Shown in pieces: positions 1-10,541 of a stretch of 64,000 bases of DNA (position 1 is its first letter; each line of letters begins with the position of its first letter). This DNA comes from an uncultured Bacilli bacterium. GTDB lineage: Bacteria; Bacillota_I; Bacilli_A; RF39; UBA660. Location of the stretch: NCBI GenBank assembly GCA_958413985.1, contig CATYVZ010000006.1, positions 2,072 to 66,071 of the forward strand, read 5' to 3'. Under the pieces are notes generated by a model. That model had not been told where the DNA came from. It ran no database searches and worked only from the letters and a program-made list of their open reading frames with translations. The translations under genes were made by a program, and so were the position numbers.

Positions 1-736
1 TCATCAAATAATCATCGACTAAATGAGCAAAATGGTAAGTTGGTAAGCCATCACCTTTAATGATAATTATATCCAAATCATTTTCTGGTAATTCTAATTT
101 TCCTTTAACCAAATCGGTATAAACGATTTTATTAGTAAATTTACCTGGTGATTTTAATCTTATAACATACTGTTCACCATTTTTAATCTTATTTAATACT
201 TCATCTTTTGATAAATATCTATCTCTAGCCCATTTCCCATAGTAACCGATTCTCTGTTTAAGTTCCTCTTGCTCTTTTCTAATATCGGCTAATTCTTCCT
301 CACTACAAAAACAAGCATACGCTAAATCATTGATAATTAAATATTTAGCAAAAGCCTGATATATATCTTTTCTTGCACTTTGAATATATGGACCATAATC
401 ACCGATCCATTCTTCCTCACTGATCATTCCCTCGTCAATAGCAATACCATAGTTTTTTAAATCTCTAATAATTCCAGATACACCATCAGTAATTTCACGT
501 TTTTTATCAGTGTCTTCAATTCTTAAAAAGAAAACTCCATTAGTCTGTTTTGCCATTTTGCTAGCTATAAAAGCCGAAAATAAAGCTCCCATATGGACAC
601 ATCCAGTTGGACTTGGTGCATATCTAGTGACGATTGCCTCTTTTGGCAAATCTCTTTTCGGATAAATCTTTATATATTCATCGATTGTTTTTTCTACATT
701 TGGCAATAAAATATCAGCAAACTCTTTATTAGTCAT
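1..736 (-). CDS. gltX: glutamyl-tRNA synthetase (GluRS), N-terminal part; the gene continues past the window start
   Basis: The minus-strand frame translates to MTNKEFADILLPNVEK...TRYAPSPTGCVHMGALFSA...DGLPTYHFAHLVDDYLM, i.e. the class-I HIGH-like and GluRS signature regions. A GGAGA RBS sits upstream of the ATG at 736. The ORF is missing from the track because it runs off the window edge. Confidence 0.7.
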   Translation of the reverse strand, partial: MTNKEFADILLPNVEKTIDEYIKIYPKRDLPKEAIVTRYAPSPTGCVHMGALFSAFIASKMAKQTNGVFFLRIEDTDKKREITDGVSGIIRDLKNYGIAIDEGMISEEEWIGDYGPYIQSARKDIYQAFAKYLIINDLAYACFCSEEELADIRKEQEELKQRIGYYGKWARDRYLSKDEVLNKIKNGEQYVIRLKSPGKFTNKIVYTDLVKGKLELPENDLDIIIIKGDGLPTYHFAHLVDDYLM

Positions 737-793
737 ACATTTATTCTCCTTCAAAATAATTATATCATAAAAAAAAGGATAATCTATACCTTT

Positions 794-1003
794 TTACATA
801 TATTTAGTCATCGATTTCATCATTTGATTAACTTGTTTTTGACTTGGTGTTCGTCCCATTTGTGTCATCATCGCTTTAATCATCTGTTCATTAATTGGTG
901 GATTTTTCTTAATTTGTTTTTGAATCAAACTACGAGCTACAAAGAACCCAATCACACCACCTACCACTAAACCAATAAGTAAATATATTATATTCCATAA
1001 CAT
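794..1003 (-). CDS. UPF0154/YneF-family small membrane protein
   Basis: 69 aa with one N-terminal TM followed by KKNPPINEQMIKAMMTQMGRTPSQKQVNQMM, the characteristic UPF0154 motif. Confidence 0.6.
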   Translation of the reverse strand: MLWNIIYLLIGLVVGGVIGFFVARSLIQKQIKKNPPINEQMIKAMMTQMGRTPSQKQVNQMMKSMTKYM

Positions 1004-1059
1004 TTTTTATCAACTCCTTTATTAATTTTACTATGTTTTTTGCTTTTTGTCTACTACTA

Positions 1060-1827
1060 TTACTTTAATCCTGAATATTTTTCTAATATATATTCTTTTA
1101 TTTTTTGCCTAGCTTTCATACTTTTTTTATTAATGTGAGATTTAGAACAAGCAAAATGTTTACTAAGTTGAATTTGCGTTAATGAATCACAATCAATACC
1201 ATAGCTCATTAAGATTAGATTTCTTTCAAATTCTGATAGATTATCGATTGCTTCTCTTATTATTTTAAGAGTTTCATTTCTAATACAAGTTTCTTCGACA
1301 TTATCATTAGCAATAACTAAATCAATCTTTAAATCATCGATATTATCTTCATTTAAATCATTGCTAATTGGAACATTTAAACTAGTGATCTCTCCAATTT
1401 TTCTAACTTTAAGTTTTCGTAAATACATAAGTATTTCATGATCAATACATTTAACAGCATATGTTGAAAATTTAAAATTCTTCTTATAGTCGAAACTATC
1501 GACAGCTTTAATTAAACCTATACAACCGATTTCGAATAGGTCCTCTTTTTCAATATAGCTAAATTCATCAGTTAAACTATAAAATTTTTTTAATTCATTG
1601 CTTACTAATTTTAAGTTTCCTTCAATCAACTTGTTTCGAATTTTTTCACTACCACCTTCATATGTTTTAAATAATTCAATGATTTCACTGCTTGTCAAAG
1701 CTTCTGGTAATTTAATATCCATATTAATCCCCCCTTTATACATTAACCAGCAAATCACTTGTTTTATTAACCCAAAAATAATCATTATTAATAAAATCAC
1801 AGGCGAATATATTTTTATTATATTCAT
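1060..1827 (-). CDS. Sporulation sigma factor, pro-sigmaE/sigmaK-like (sigma-70 family group 3). The start could be 1827 with a hydrophobic pro-sequence, or an internal Met near 1722.
   Basis: Regions 2 and 4 are recognisable (IEGNLKLV..., FSTYAVKCIDHEIL, C-terminal HTH). The N-terminus MNIIKIYSPVILLIMIIFGLIKQVICWLMYKGGINMDIKLPEALTSSE aligns with the pro-sequence and processing region of pro-sigmaE (YYIGGSEALPPPLS) and pro-sigmaK (YVKNNAFPQPLSSSEE). Confidence 0.7.
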   Translation of the reverse strand: MNIIKIYSPVILLIMIIFGLIKQVICWLMYKGGINMDIKLPEALTSSEIIELFKTYEGGSEKIRNKLIEGNLKLVSNELKKFYSLTDEFSYIEKEDLFEIGCIGLIKAVDSFDYKKNFKFSTYAVKCIDHEILMYLRKLKVRKIGEITSLNVPISNDLNEDNIDDLKIDLVIANDNVEETCIRNETLKIIREAIDNLSEFERNLILMSYGIDCDSLTQIQLSKHFACSKSHINKKSMKARQKIKEYILEKYSGLK

Positions 1828-2140
1828 TAAAATTTTTGATTATTTCGAAATTGCCTTTACTTCTTATGATGATTCTAGAATGTCTTAATTCGATAAAAGT
1901 TTTATCAATATAAAAAGTGCGTTCATTATCTAAAAGATATCTCTTATTTAAATAATATTTCCAATGAAATATATTTATTCGTTCACATAATTGATCATAC
2001 AAAGATATGCCATAATTAAAATCGTGTTTTAAATTATATAAATTCTTTAAAACATCAAATAAAAATAATGGATTTTTTTGATAGTAATCAAAGTATTCTT
2101 TTTTAATTATAAAAAGATTATATTCTCGCATTAAAATCAC
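1736..2140 (-). CDS. hypothetical protein (134 aa)
   Basis: A long ORF in an AT-rich genome. Its 3' end overlaps the 5' extension of the sigma-factor ORF by 92 nt in another frame. No recognisable motifs. Confidence 0.35.
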   Translation of the reverse strand: MILMREYNLFIIKKEYFDYYQKNPLFLFDVLKNLYNLKHDFNYGISLYDQLCERINIFHWKYYLNKRYLLDNERTFYIDKTFIELRHSRIIIRSKGNFEIIKNFNEYNKNIFACDFINNDYFWVNKTSDLLVNV

Positions 2141-2179
2141 CTAATTCGATTATATAATCTTTTATTTGAAAAATTTGTC

Positions 2180-4105
2180 TTATTTTAGTAGTTTAACAAT
2201 TTTTTGTAATATCTGGTCGTAATCAAAATTCATCTCTTTTAAAACTTCTTCTTTGGTTCCACTATAACCAAAACGATCTAAGGTTATAAGATACTTATCG
2301 CTGTAAACGAATCCTTCCCAACCATACTTACTACCAGCTTCGATCACAACTGTCCTAACACCTTTTGGTAAAATTTCTTCTTGATATTGTTTGGGCTGCT
2401 TTAAAAATAATTCTCTAGATGGCATGCTAACTACTCTAATGTCTAAACTATATTCTTCATATAGATAGTTAGCGATCTTGATAGCTAAGTTAACTTCACT
2501 TCCCGTAGATATAATAATGGCATAAAGATCTTTTTCTTTTCTAACGATGTAGCCACCTTTTGAAACTAGCTTACGATCAGTTAACTCATTTATCAATACC
2601 TTATTACGTGAAAGGACTAAACAACTAGGTTTTTTATTATTTATGATATATTCCCAACAACCAACTAACTCTAAAGCATCAGCTGGTCTAAAAACTAACA
2701 TGTTAGGAATACTTCGTAAAGATATTAATTGTTCAATCGGTTGATGTGATGGTCCATCTTGACCAATATTGATTGAATCATGAGTAAAGATATAGGTAAC
2801 CGGCAAATTCATCAAGGCAGTCATTCGAATCGCTGGTTTTAAATAATCACTAAAAACTAAAAATGTCGATCCGAAAGCATAGTAACCATTTAAAGCTAAG
2901 CCATTTAAAATAGCTCCCATGGCATGTTCTCTTACCCCAAAATAAATATTATTACCGATAAAATTGTTTAAATCATTAGGTAAAACTGCTTTAGTTGACG
3001 AACCAACATCAGCACTACCACCAATAAAATTGGGAACTCTTTTAGCTATTTCTAACATTATTTTGCCATTAGTAGTTCTTAATTCTTCTTCTAAATCATG
3101 TGGAAAAGATAAATCGCTCAAATCTAAATCTTTACTGTCATTTTGGTAATTTATCTCTTTAGCTATTTTGTTATATAATTCATATTTTTTTAAACTTCTC
3201 TCTTTAATTTGTTTGGCAAAGTTTTCTTTTGCTGCCATATCGACATAAAATTCAGTCGGTTCGATTTTCATTTTTAGTTTTAATTTATTAATATCGTCTT
3301 TATCTAATGGCTTACCATGAACTTTGTTGCTGTTTTCGTAGATTGATCCTTCACCGATAATCGTCTTCACTTCTATAAGTGTTGGACGATCACTTGCCTT
3401 AGCTTCCATTATAGCCTTATCGATACTTGAAATGGTATTATTCTTAACTAAAATAGTGTTCCAATTTAAAGCTTTAAAGCGATCGATAACATTTTCCGTA
3501 AATGTATTTTCTGTATTGCCATCTAAACTAAAATTGTTTGAATCATATAATACGATTAGATTATTTAATTTTAAACTACCAGCTAAAGATGTCGCTTCAT
3601 AGCTAATTCCTTCCATTAGGTCTCCATCACCACATAAAACATAAACATGATAATCAAATAAACTTTGCTCTTTACCTAATTTACTTTTTTTAGGTAACCG
3701 ATATTTTTCGTGGGATATTTTACCAGCTAAAGCCATACCGACAGCTGAAGCTATTCCTTGGCCTAATGGTCCTGTTGACATGTCAACACCAGCAGTGACA
3801 TTATATTCAGGGTGACCAGGTGTTTTAGAATGAATATGTCTAAATTGTTTTAAATCATCGATCGTCAAATCAAAACCTGCCATATATAATGTAGCATATA
3901 ACAAAGCTGAGCCATGACCAGCCGATAAAACAAATCTATCTCGATTTTCCCAAGTAGGATCATCGACATTGATGTTCATGTGTTTTGCATAAAGTGTATA
4001 AATAATATTAGCTGCTCCTAATACGATACCAGGATGGCCATTGTTAGCACAATCGATCATATCTATCCCTAAAGATTTAATATTATTGACAATTTCTCTA
4101 TCCAT
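2180..4105 (-). CDS. tkt: transketolase
   Basis: 641 aa with the TPP-binding N-terminus (GHPG...), GDG and other transketolase motifs. An AGGTGAG RBS and a TG-extended -10 lie just upstream. Confidence 0.9.
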   Translation of the reverse strand: MDREIVNNIKSLGIDMIDCANNGHPGIVLGAANIIYTLYAKHMNINVDDPTWENRDRFVLSAGHGSALLYATLYMAGFDLTIDDLKQFRHIHSKTPGHPEYNVTAGVDMSTGPLGQGIASAVGMALAGKISHEKYRLPKKSKLGKEQSLFDYHVYVLCGDGDLMEGISYEATSLAGSLKLNNLIVLYDSNNFSLDGNTENTFTENVIDRFKALNWNTILVKNNTISSIDKAIMEAKASDRPTLIEVKTIIGEGSIYENSNKVHGKPLDKDDINKLKLKMKIEPTEFYVDMAAKENFAKQIKERSLKKYELYNKIAKEINYQNDSKDLDLSDLSFPHDLEEELRTTNGKIMLEIAKRVPNFIGGSADVGSSTKAVLPNDLNNFIGNNIYFGVREHAMGAILNGLALNGYYAFGSTFLVFSDYLKPAIRMTALMNLPVTYIFTHDSINIGQDGPSHQPIEQLISLRSIPNMLVFRPADALELVGCWEYIINNKKPSCLVLSRNKVLINELTDRKLVSKGGYIVRKEKDLYAIIISTGSEVNLAIKIANYLYEEYSLDIRVVSMPSRELFLKQPKQYQEEILPKGVRTVVIEAGSKYGWEGFVYSDKYLITLDRFGYSGTKEEVLKEMNFDYDQILQKIVKLLK

Positions 4106-4139
4106 ATCAATCTCACCTTCTTCATTATATCATAATTTA

Positions 4140-4300
4140 TTAAAAAAAGTCCAAGAATGCGGGCCCTTAACGATAAAACCTAGTCTCTACCAGGTGGGCA
4201 TCACATCGTCAACTTTAGGATTCTCAAAATTAATTGAGCTTTCAACACCGTCGACGAATTAGATTCCCAATATTCGTTAATTAGTCGGTTTTTCTAAATG
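4140..4300. other. GC-rich, non-coding, possibly structured element upstream of the tkt promoter; identity unresolved
   Basis: A local segment of roughly 45-50 % GC (gcgggcccttaacg...ctaccaggtgggcatcacatcgtc...caccgtcgacg) in a background of about 25 % GC. The overlapping + strand ORFs are low-complexity and look spurious. Confidence 0.25.
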
Positions 4301-4407
4301 AGCTTGTCGCTATTCCTAGACATTTATATTATATCATATTTTTTAAATAAGTATACTGTTTATAATCGAAGTTTCATACTTTCCCAAAATGTTAATTATT
4401 TGTTTTA

Positions 4408-5178
4408 TTATTTTTTATATCCTAAAATAGTATTTAAATTAACATTTTTAGTACTTGTCATAATATTAACATCAGCTTTACTATATATTTTATTTAATTC
4501 TTTAACTAAATTTTTAATAACTATTCTTTGACCACTGTTTTTTTTCGTAACTTTACAAGCACAATCTAGAAATTCTAATTGGTTAGATTTGCTCCACTTG
4601 ATTATATCTTCTTCTTTAACATAATAAAGTGGTCTAATCAAAGTCATTCCTTCAAAATTAGTACTTTTTACTTTAGGAACCATGCTACTAAAAGTGCCAT
4701 TAAATATCATGTTTAGTAAAACTGTTTCAATGACATCGTTAAAATGATGACCTAAAGCTATTTTGTTGCATCCGATACTTTTGGCATAACTATAAAGATA
4801 ACCCCTTCGCATTTTCGCGCACATATAACAAGGATTATCTGTTGTATCGGCTATATCAAAAATCGGCGTTTCAAATATATGCGCTTCAATATTGAGGTGA
4901 TTTAAGTTCTCTTTTATTTTTTTTATATTTTTTTCACTATAACCCGGATTCATCACGATAAATTCTAATTCAAAATAAAATTTACCATGTTTTTTTATTT
5001 CTTGTAGACACTTAGCTAATAAAAATGAATCTTTACCACCACTGATGCAAACGGCAATTTTATCGTTTTCTTCAATTAAATTAAAGTCTTTAATCGCCTT
5101 AACAAATGGGACAAAAATTTTTTTTCGATATTTTTTAATAATACTTCTTTCAATTTCTTTTAATTCCATATATATCAC
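4408..5178 (-). CDS. PP-loop ATPase, TtcA-like tRNA 2-thiocytidine synthetase family
   Basis: SGGKDS PP-loop motif plus CxxC pairs (CYMCAKMRRG and CACK-like) typical of TtcA. Confidence 0.7.
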   Translation of the reverse strand: MIYMELKEIERSIIKKYRKKIFVPFVKAIKDFNLIEENDKIAVCISGGKDSFLLAKCLQEIKKHGKFYFELEFIVMNPGYSEKNIKKIKENLNHLNIEAHIFETPIFDIADTTDNPCYMCAKMRRGYLYSYAKSIGCNKIALGHHFNDVIETVLLNMIFNGTFSSMVPKVKSTNFEGMTLIRPLYYVKEEDIIKWSKSNQLEFLDCACKVTKKNSGQRIVIKNLVKELNKIYSKADVNIMTSTKNVNLNTILGYKK

Positions 5179-5219
5179 GTTAATTATTATACCAAAAAAA
5201 GTTTAAATATTTAAACTTT

Positions 5220-6542
5220 TTAAGCTAATTGATGATCATTTTCTAAAGTTTCTTTGTCGACTTTTACTGTTTCATTAGTCACATGATTGATCTGAATTAC
5301 TTCACCATCGACAATATTTTGACCATAAATACCAACATAATAACCTTTAACACCAGCTAGATAGTTATCATCCCCATAAGTACCATATGGCCAATTTTGA
5401 AGAAATGTCATAACATCTTTAAAGGAACTATACTGAGTTTGATCTAAGGAGTTAACAAATTTGACAGGATCTTCATGAGCAATTTTAACATACTTTAACC
5501 AGCCAGTATCTTCAAAATTTAAGACAACTTGCTCATAAGTGGAACCAATTTCATTAGCGTAAGCTGTAATGATTAAATCCATTAATCCTTGACCATAGTT
5601 ATAAGATTGTAAAGCTAAATTCTCATTACCACAATATTTTTCTAAAACATTTTGATAACGCATGACACCTATTTTAATATTTGTTTTTTTATCTAAAGCA
5701 TTCTCCATAGTTTCATATATTGTTTCCTCTTTACCACTACTATAATTAAAGGCGTTAATTTGTTGACCACTTGGTGTCTCTAATTGGCAAATACCAACAC
5801 CAAAGCCATTATAGTTTTTACCACCAGGGATCGTCGCTTCGTGATCTAAACTAGATTCTTTAATCATCAACGATAGGAAAATATATGGATCTATTCCAAA
5901 ATCATGAGCTACTTCTAAAAAATAGTTGCCATCAGTAGAGTTTAAAAACTGAACAATTTTATTTAGAGTATACTGATTTACTGCATTGCCAGTGGCCTGT
6001 TTAATTCGAACTTCTAAATCGAAATCTTCAGCTTGGGCAAGCTCGGTAAAGATATTGTTATCTTCTTTTTGTTCATCATCGATGGTTACAGATTCTATTA
6101 AGTCAGTAGCGATATCTTCTTTTTTCTTTAAAAGACTATCGCCGATAATCGCTGTGGATACTAAAGTAGCTAAAACAAATGTGACAACTCTTTTTTTATC
6201 TTCTTTTAGTTTTTTAACTATTTCTGCTAATTTGTTTTTATTATAATTAACTTTATTAACAATCGGAGTTGAAGCATCGATTTTATCTAAAATACTGCTA
6301 TATAATTTAGAGTTAAGATGTTGTTTATAATCTTTAAGTATTACGACATTTTGTTTACCATAAATTATTTTTAAATAATTTTCTCTAGTTTCAATAAGAG
6401 TCGGTTTTGTAGGTAAACTTCTTACTAACAACTGTATTTTATCCATATTGTTAGTTCTTTTGATCGTTTTATTTTTATCGTTTTTAGCAACGATCGTTTG
6501 TCTAAAACATCCGTTAATGTGTTCTATAATTATTTCCATCAT
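5220..6542 (-). CDS. membrane-anchored lytic transglycosylase (SLT domain) protein
   Basis: An N-terminal TM and an SLT-like catalytic region (ESSLDHEATIPGGKNYNGFGVGICQL). Confidence 0.5.
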   Translation of the reverse strand: MMEIIIEHINGCFRQTIVAKNDKNKTIKRTNNMDKIQLLVRSLPTKPTLIETRENYLKIIYGKQNVVILKDYKQHLNSKLYSSILDKIDASTPIVNKVNYNKNKLAEIVKKLKEDKKRVVTFVLATLVSTAIIGDSLLKKKEDIATDLIESVTIDDEQKEDNNIFTELAQAEDFDLEVRIKQATGNAVNQYTLNKIVQFLNSTDGNYFLEVAHDFGIDPYIFLSLMIKESSLDHEATIPGGKNYNGFGVGICQLETPSGQQINAFNYSSGKEETIYETMENALDKKTNIKIGVMRYQNVLEKYCGNENLALQSYNYGQGLMDLIITAYANEIGSTYEQVVLNFEDTGWLKYVKIAHEDPVKFVNSLDQTQYSSFKDVMTFLQNWPYGTYGDDNYLAGVKGYYVGIYGQNIVDGEVIQINHVTNETVKVDKETLENDHQLA

Positions 6543-7135
6543 ATCACCTTTTTGCTTATACTAATTCCATCGCCGACATCATAAAAATGTGTTTCATAAT
6601 CAGAATTTTCCTTTAAAAATTGTCGATATTGGCGAATTTTATCAGTAAGACGCCTTAAATTTTTACTTTTTTTCTCACAACTGTCAACTAAACCATGAAA
6701 ATTCAAATTGTCAGTTATAATGTATTTTTGATCGTTTAAATTTTCTGAAAATTTTTTAAAAAACTTAATATTTTGTGCTTTAGCAGCATCTAAAAAAATT
6801 AGGTCAAATTTTTCATTTAATTCAACATCAAAAGCATCGGCGTGAATTAATTTGATTCTATTTTCTAGTTTAAAATTTTTAACATTTTTAACTGCTTCTA
6901 AATATCTTTCCTCATCGCGTTCAACTGATATTATCTTGATGTTTACGTCGACTAAAGCCATTTTTATAGCGGAATAGCCAATAGCTGTTCCTATTTCTAA
7001 AATCGTTTTAATATTATTTTTACTAATGAAGTTAGTTAAAAAATCAATTCCATCTTTCTGCATAATTGGAATATTATATTTAAAAGCATATTCTTCGATT
7101 TGTTTTAACATGAATAACCTAAATACTCTAAACAC
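6539..7135 (-). CDS. class I SAM-dependent O-methyltransferase (YrrM-like)
   Basis: EIGTAIGYS SAM-binding motif. It sits next to mltG, as yrrM does in Bacillus. Confidence 0.7.
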   Translation of the reverse strand: MFRVFRLFMLKQIEEYAFKYNIPIMQKDGIDFLTNFISKNNIKTILEIGTAIGYSAIKMALVDVNIKIISVERDEERYLEAVKNVKNFKLENRIKLIHADAFDVELNEKFDLIFLDAAKAQNIKFFKKFSENLNDQKYIITDNLNFHGLVDSCEKKSKNLRRLTDKIRQYRQFLKENSDYETHFYDVGDGISISKKVI

Positions 7136-8157
7136 TTCTGTTGATGTTCAGCATAACTTAAAGAATAATAAGTTTTAGTAGAATTACTGTCAAAAACATT
7201 TGCTAGAAAAAATAGATAGTTGTTTTCTTCAGGATAAATAACTGCTTTAATGCTTGCTTCTCCTGGTAATCCACCAGGACCGACTGGTAAACCATAGTAT
7301 TTGTAAGTATTATATGGCGAATCAACCGCTAAATCTGCGCTAGTGTAAGTTAATTTCCACTCGTTTATAGCATAACCGATAGTAGCACAGCTTTCTAATT
7401 TTATTCCTCTATTAAGACGATTGTAAAACACTTGGGCAATCATTGGGCGATCTTCATCTAAAATCGCCTCATGTTCGACGATCGAAGCTAAGGTTAGAAT
7501 TTCATGAACAGTATAGTCACTACTTTCGATTTCATTTTTGTACTTAGTTAAAATTTCATTCATTTTATCTAACATTTTATAAGTTATTTCTTCGATTGTG
7601 CTAGTAGGATAAATTTCATAAGTTGCGGGAAAGAAATATCCTTCTAAGTTATATCTTAAATTATCATTTTTAACTTCGTTGGTAATAAACCAATATTTAT
7701 CGATTAATTTATCGATTACTTCCTCATTTTGCCAGTAGTCTAACAACTCGTCAGTAGTATGATCTGTGACTTCGCTTATATAAATAGCTACGTCAGTAAT
7801 ATGTTTACCTTCGGGAATTACGAAGGAAGTAGTTTCTGTTTTTCCACCTTTTTCTAATGTCTCAATTATTTTTTTGACCCCCATATTTTCGTTTAAAACA
7901 TAAGTACCTTTTTCTAAATTTTCTGGATTAAATATTTTAACATAGATTTTGTAAAATAATTCTGATCTAATTAGATTATTTTCTTTTAACAAAGGAGCTA
8001 ATGAAAGATATGTGGTATTTTCTTGGACTTCGAATACTACTTCTTTACTTTCTTTGCTAACTGCTCCTATTCCATAGTTATAAGATAAACAACCGACTAT
8101 TATTATTACAGCTAAAATGACGATAGCAAACTTATAAATATTAACATACTTCTTCAT
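7105..8157 (-). CDS. mltG: endolytic murein transglycosylase MltG (YceG-like)
   Basis: N-terminal TM and a YceG domain, in the conserved ruvX-DUF1292-mltG context. Confidence 0.85.
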   Translation of the reverse strand: MKKYVNIYKFAIVILAVIIIVGCLSYNYGIGAVSKESKEVVFEVQENTTYLSLAPLLKENNLIRSELFYKIYVKIFNPENLEKGTYVLNENMGVKKIIETLEKGGKTETTSFVIPEGKHITDVAIYISEVTDHTTDELLDYWQNEEVIDKLIDKYWFITNEVKNDNLRYNLEGYFFPATYEIYPTSTIEEITYKMLDKMNEILTKYKNEIESSDYTVHEILTLASIVEHEAILDEDRPMIAQVFYNRLNRGIKLESCATIGYAINEWKLTYTSADLAVDSPYNTYKYYGLPVGPGGLPGEASIKAVIYPEENNYLFFLANVFDSNSTKTYYSLSYAEHQQKCLEYLGYSC

Positions 8158-8173
8158 AATGATAAGACGAGCT

Positions 8174-8467
8174 TTATTGCTCGTTATCCTCCATACTAGA
8201 ATTAACTTCTTCTTGTAGTTCTTCTAAAATTGTTTCGATTATTTTCCATTCTTTTTCGGTTTCAATCGCAGTTAAATTTAGGTTTTCTGAATCTGGTGTA
8301 TAAATAGAGGCATAGACTTTGGTATTGCCTTGTTCATCTGTTGTGTTATCGGTATATACTATATAATTTTTATTAGTTTCGTCAGATTCAAAAGTAAATA
8401 AGACTTCACATTCTATTTCATTTCCTTTATCATCTATTACTTTAAATTTCATTTGTTCTTCTTTCAT
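8174..8467 (-). CDS. DUF1292 family protein (YrzB-like)
   Basis: 97 aa acidic protein with the conserved ...EVLFTFESDETNKNYIVYT... core, sitting between ruvX and mltG. Confidence 0.7.
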   Translation of the reverse strand: MKEEQMKFKVIDDKGNEIECEVLFTFESDETNKNYIVYTDNTTDEQGNTKVYASIYTPDSENLNLTAIETEKEWKIIETILEELQEEVNSSMEDNEQ

Positions 8468-8470
8468 ATT

Positions 8471-8875
8471 TTAATTTCCTTTCTTATCTAAAAATGTTTG
8501 CAATATAATAGTGGCGGCTAAAGAATCAACTTTTTCTTTTCTTTTTTTACGCGATAAATCAGCTGCAATCATATAGTTGTGAGCTGAAACTGTCGATAAT
8601 CGCTCATCTTGTAATATTACTTTGTAATTTTCGTTTTCAAGTTTTTCTTTGAAGGCTAATGTTTCTAAAGCTCTTGGACCTAATGTGTTATTCATGTTTT
8701 TTGGCAATCCTAATATGATCGTTTCGATCTTATATTCTTTGATTACCTCAGCTAGTTGTTTTAACAAAACCTGATCATTATCATAGGTTATTGTTTTTAA
8801 AGGTGTAGCAATTTGTCCTTTAGAAACAGCTAAACCTAATGTTTTAGTACCTAAATCTAGTCCTAAATAATTCAT
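8471..8875 (-). CDS. ruvX: Holliday junction resolvase-like protein RuvX/YqgF
   Basis: LGLDLGTKTLGLAVS N-terminus of the RNase H-like YqgF family. Confidence 0.85.
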   Translation of the reverse strand: MNYLGLDLGTKTLGLAVSKGQIATPLKTITYDNDQVLLKQLAEVIKEYKIETIILGLPKNMNNTLGPRALETLAFKEKLENENYKVILQDERLSTVSAHNYMIAADLSRKKRKEKVDSLAATIILQTFLDKKGN

Positions 8876-9123
8876 TTGATAAAATTAGTGACTAAAACTT
8901 CAAGAACTCTAGTTCGATCAAATTTTGTTATCTTGTTTCTTGCTTCTTTATGACTTGAAATATAACCAGGATCTCCGCTCATCAAATAACCGACTAACTG
9001 ATTTTTAGCGTTGTATCCTCTTTCTTCAAGTATTTCGATTACATCTTTGATTGTCTTAGCAATCAATTCGTCTTCTATTTCATTGGCTGTAAAGATTTTC
9101 GTTTCATCCATTATGAACACCAC
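8872..9123 (-). CDS. ireB: UPF0297/DUF965 protein IreB (YrzL-like)
   Basis: 83 aa containing ...GYLMSGDPGYISSHKEARNKI... Confidence 0.75.
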   Translation of the reverse strand: MVFIMDETKIFTANEIEDELIAKTIKDVIEILEERGYNAKNQLVGYLMSGDPGYISSHKEARNKITKFDRTRVLEVLVTNFIK

Positions 9124-9227
9124 CTTATCACAATTTAATTTTATCAGAATTTTAAATATTTTACAACATCTAAAACAATAAACATTATTAAATAGTTGTA
9201 AACAACTTAATTATTAGAAAAAAAGAC

Positions 9228-10541
9228 CTAGAGTTGATTATCTAAATCATTTCTTTGACCATCTTTTATTATATATTCTTCTTTAGTTCTTGAATCATAG
9301 ACATAGGTTACCTTTTGTGGTGTATTAACTTCTTCTTTTTTTATAAATATATTTTCTATCTTTTCTTTTACCTGTTCTTTGTTAAATGGTTTTGATATGT
9401 AATCTACAAATCCTTCTTTGATATATTTTTCTCTTGCTCCTGATACTGCATCAGCTGTTAATGCTATTACTGGTGTTTTAAATTCTTTATTTTCTTTTAA
9501 TTTGGCTAAAGCTCTTTCACCACTCATATTAGGCATCATTATATCCATCAATATTAAATCATATTCTTTTTCTTTTACTTTTTCGATGCACTCTATTCCA
9601 TCATAACATTCTTCTATTTCAAAGTTAAAATCTTGCAATGCTTTAATTGCTACTTTGATGTTTAATTTATTATCATCTACTATCAATATCTTTTTGCCTG
9701 ATAAATCTTTTTTGTTTTCGTTAGATAACTCATTTATATCGATATTTTCTCTTTTTTGATTACTTATTTTCTGAGGTAAATAAACTACAAATATCGATCC
9801 TTTTCCGTATTGACTTTGAACATTTATCTTACCACCCATCATCTCTACTAATGACTTAGTTATAGCTAGTCCTAATCCGGTTCCTTCGGTTGTTGAATTC
9901 ATCTCAACATCTAATCTTTCAAATTTAGTGAATAATTTGTTGATATTTTCTGCTTTTATTCCTTTCCCTGTGTCCTTAACACTTATGATTAATTTACATA
10001 TATCTTTTTCATTGATACATTTTATTCCTAATGTTATCATACCTTTTTCTGTATATTTGATCGCATTAGACAATAAATTGTTGATTACTTGTTTTATATG
10101 AATCCTATCCCCGATTAATTCTTCCGGTAAATCTTCAGCTATATCTAATTTAAATTCGATTGGTTTTTCTTTTATTCTACTAGTCGTCACTTTACATAAT
10201 GACACTATTTCTTTTTTTAAATTATATGGAGTATTGATAATTTCCATTTTTTCTGATTCGATCTTATTTATATCTAAGATATTACCTACTATTTCCAATA
10301 GCGTTTGTGAAGCATTTTGAATATCAGTAGCATCTAAAGCTACTTCGTTTGGTACTTGATCTTTATAGCTTACGATATCTTCACTTAATCCTACTATTGC
10401 ATTTAATGGCGTTCTTATCTCATGAGACATACTACTTAAAAAGTCACTCTTAGCTCGATTAGCTTTCTCAGCTAAATCTTTTGCTAGAGTCATTTGTTGT
10501 AACATCTTAACATCTGGATTTTCGATTGTAAAATACATGAT
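9228..10541. repeat. 1314-bp direct repeat, copy A. It is >99.7 % identical to 22500..23813 and covers the HisKA-HATPase-REC coding part.
   Basis: The two copies align base-for-base at an offset of 13272 bp, with 3 differences: 9231/22503 (g/a), 9258/22530 (a/g) and 10518/23790 (a/g). The latter two are synonymous. Identity stops abruptly after ...aaatacatgat. Confidence 0.9.

Noticed and set aside
4041-4531. Two + strand ORFs (73 and 77 aa) over the tkt upstream region
   Set aside because: They overlap the tkt start or a GC-rich non-coding element, and have low-complexity or hydrophobic artefactual translations with no RBS.
9418-9606. 62-aa + strand ORF, duplicated identically at 22690..22878
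   Set aside because: Both are antisense shadow ORFs inside the histidine-kinase genes. Their identity is just a consequence of the 1.3-kb repeat.
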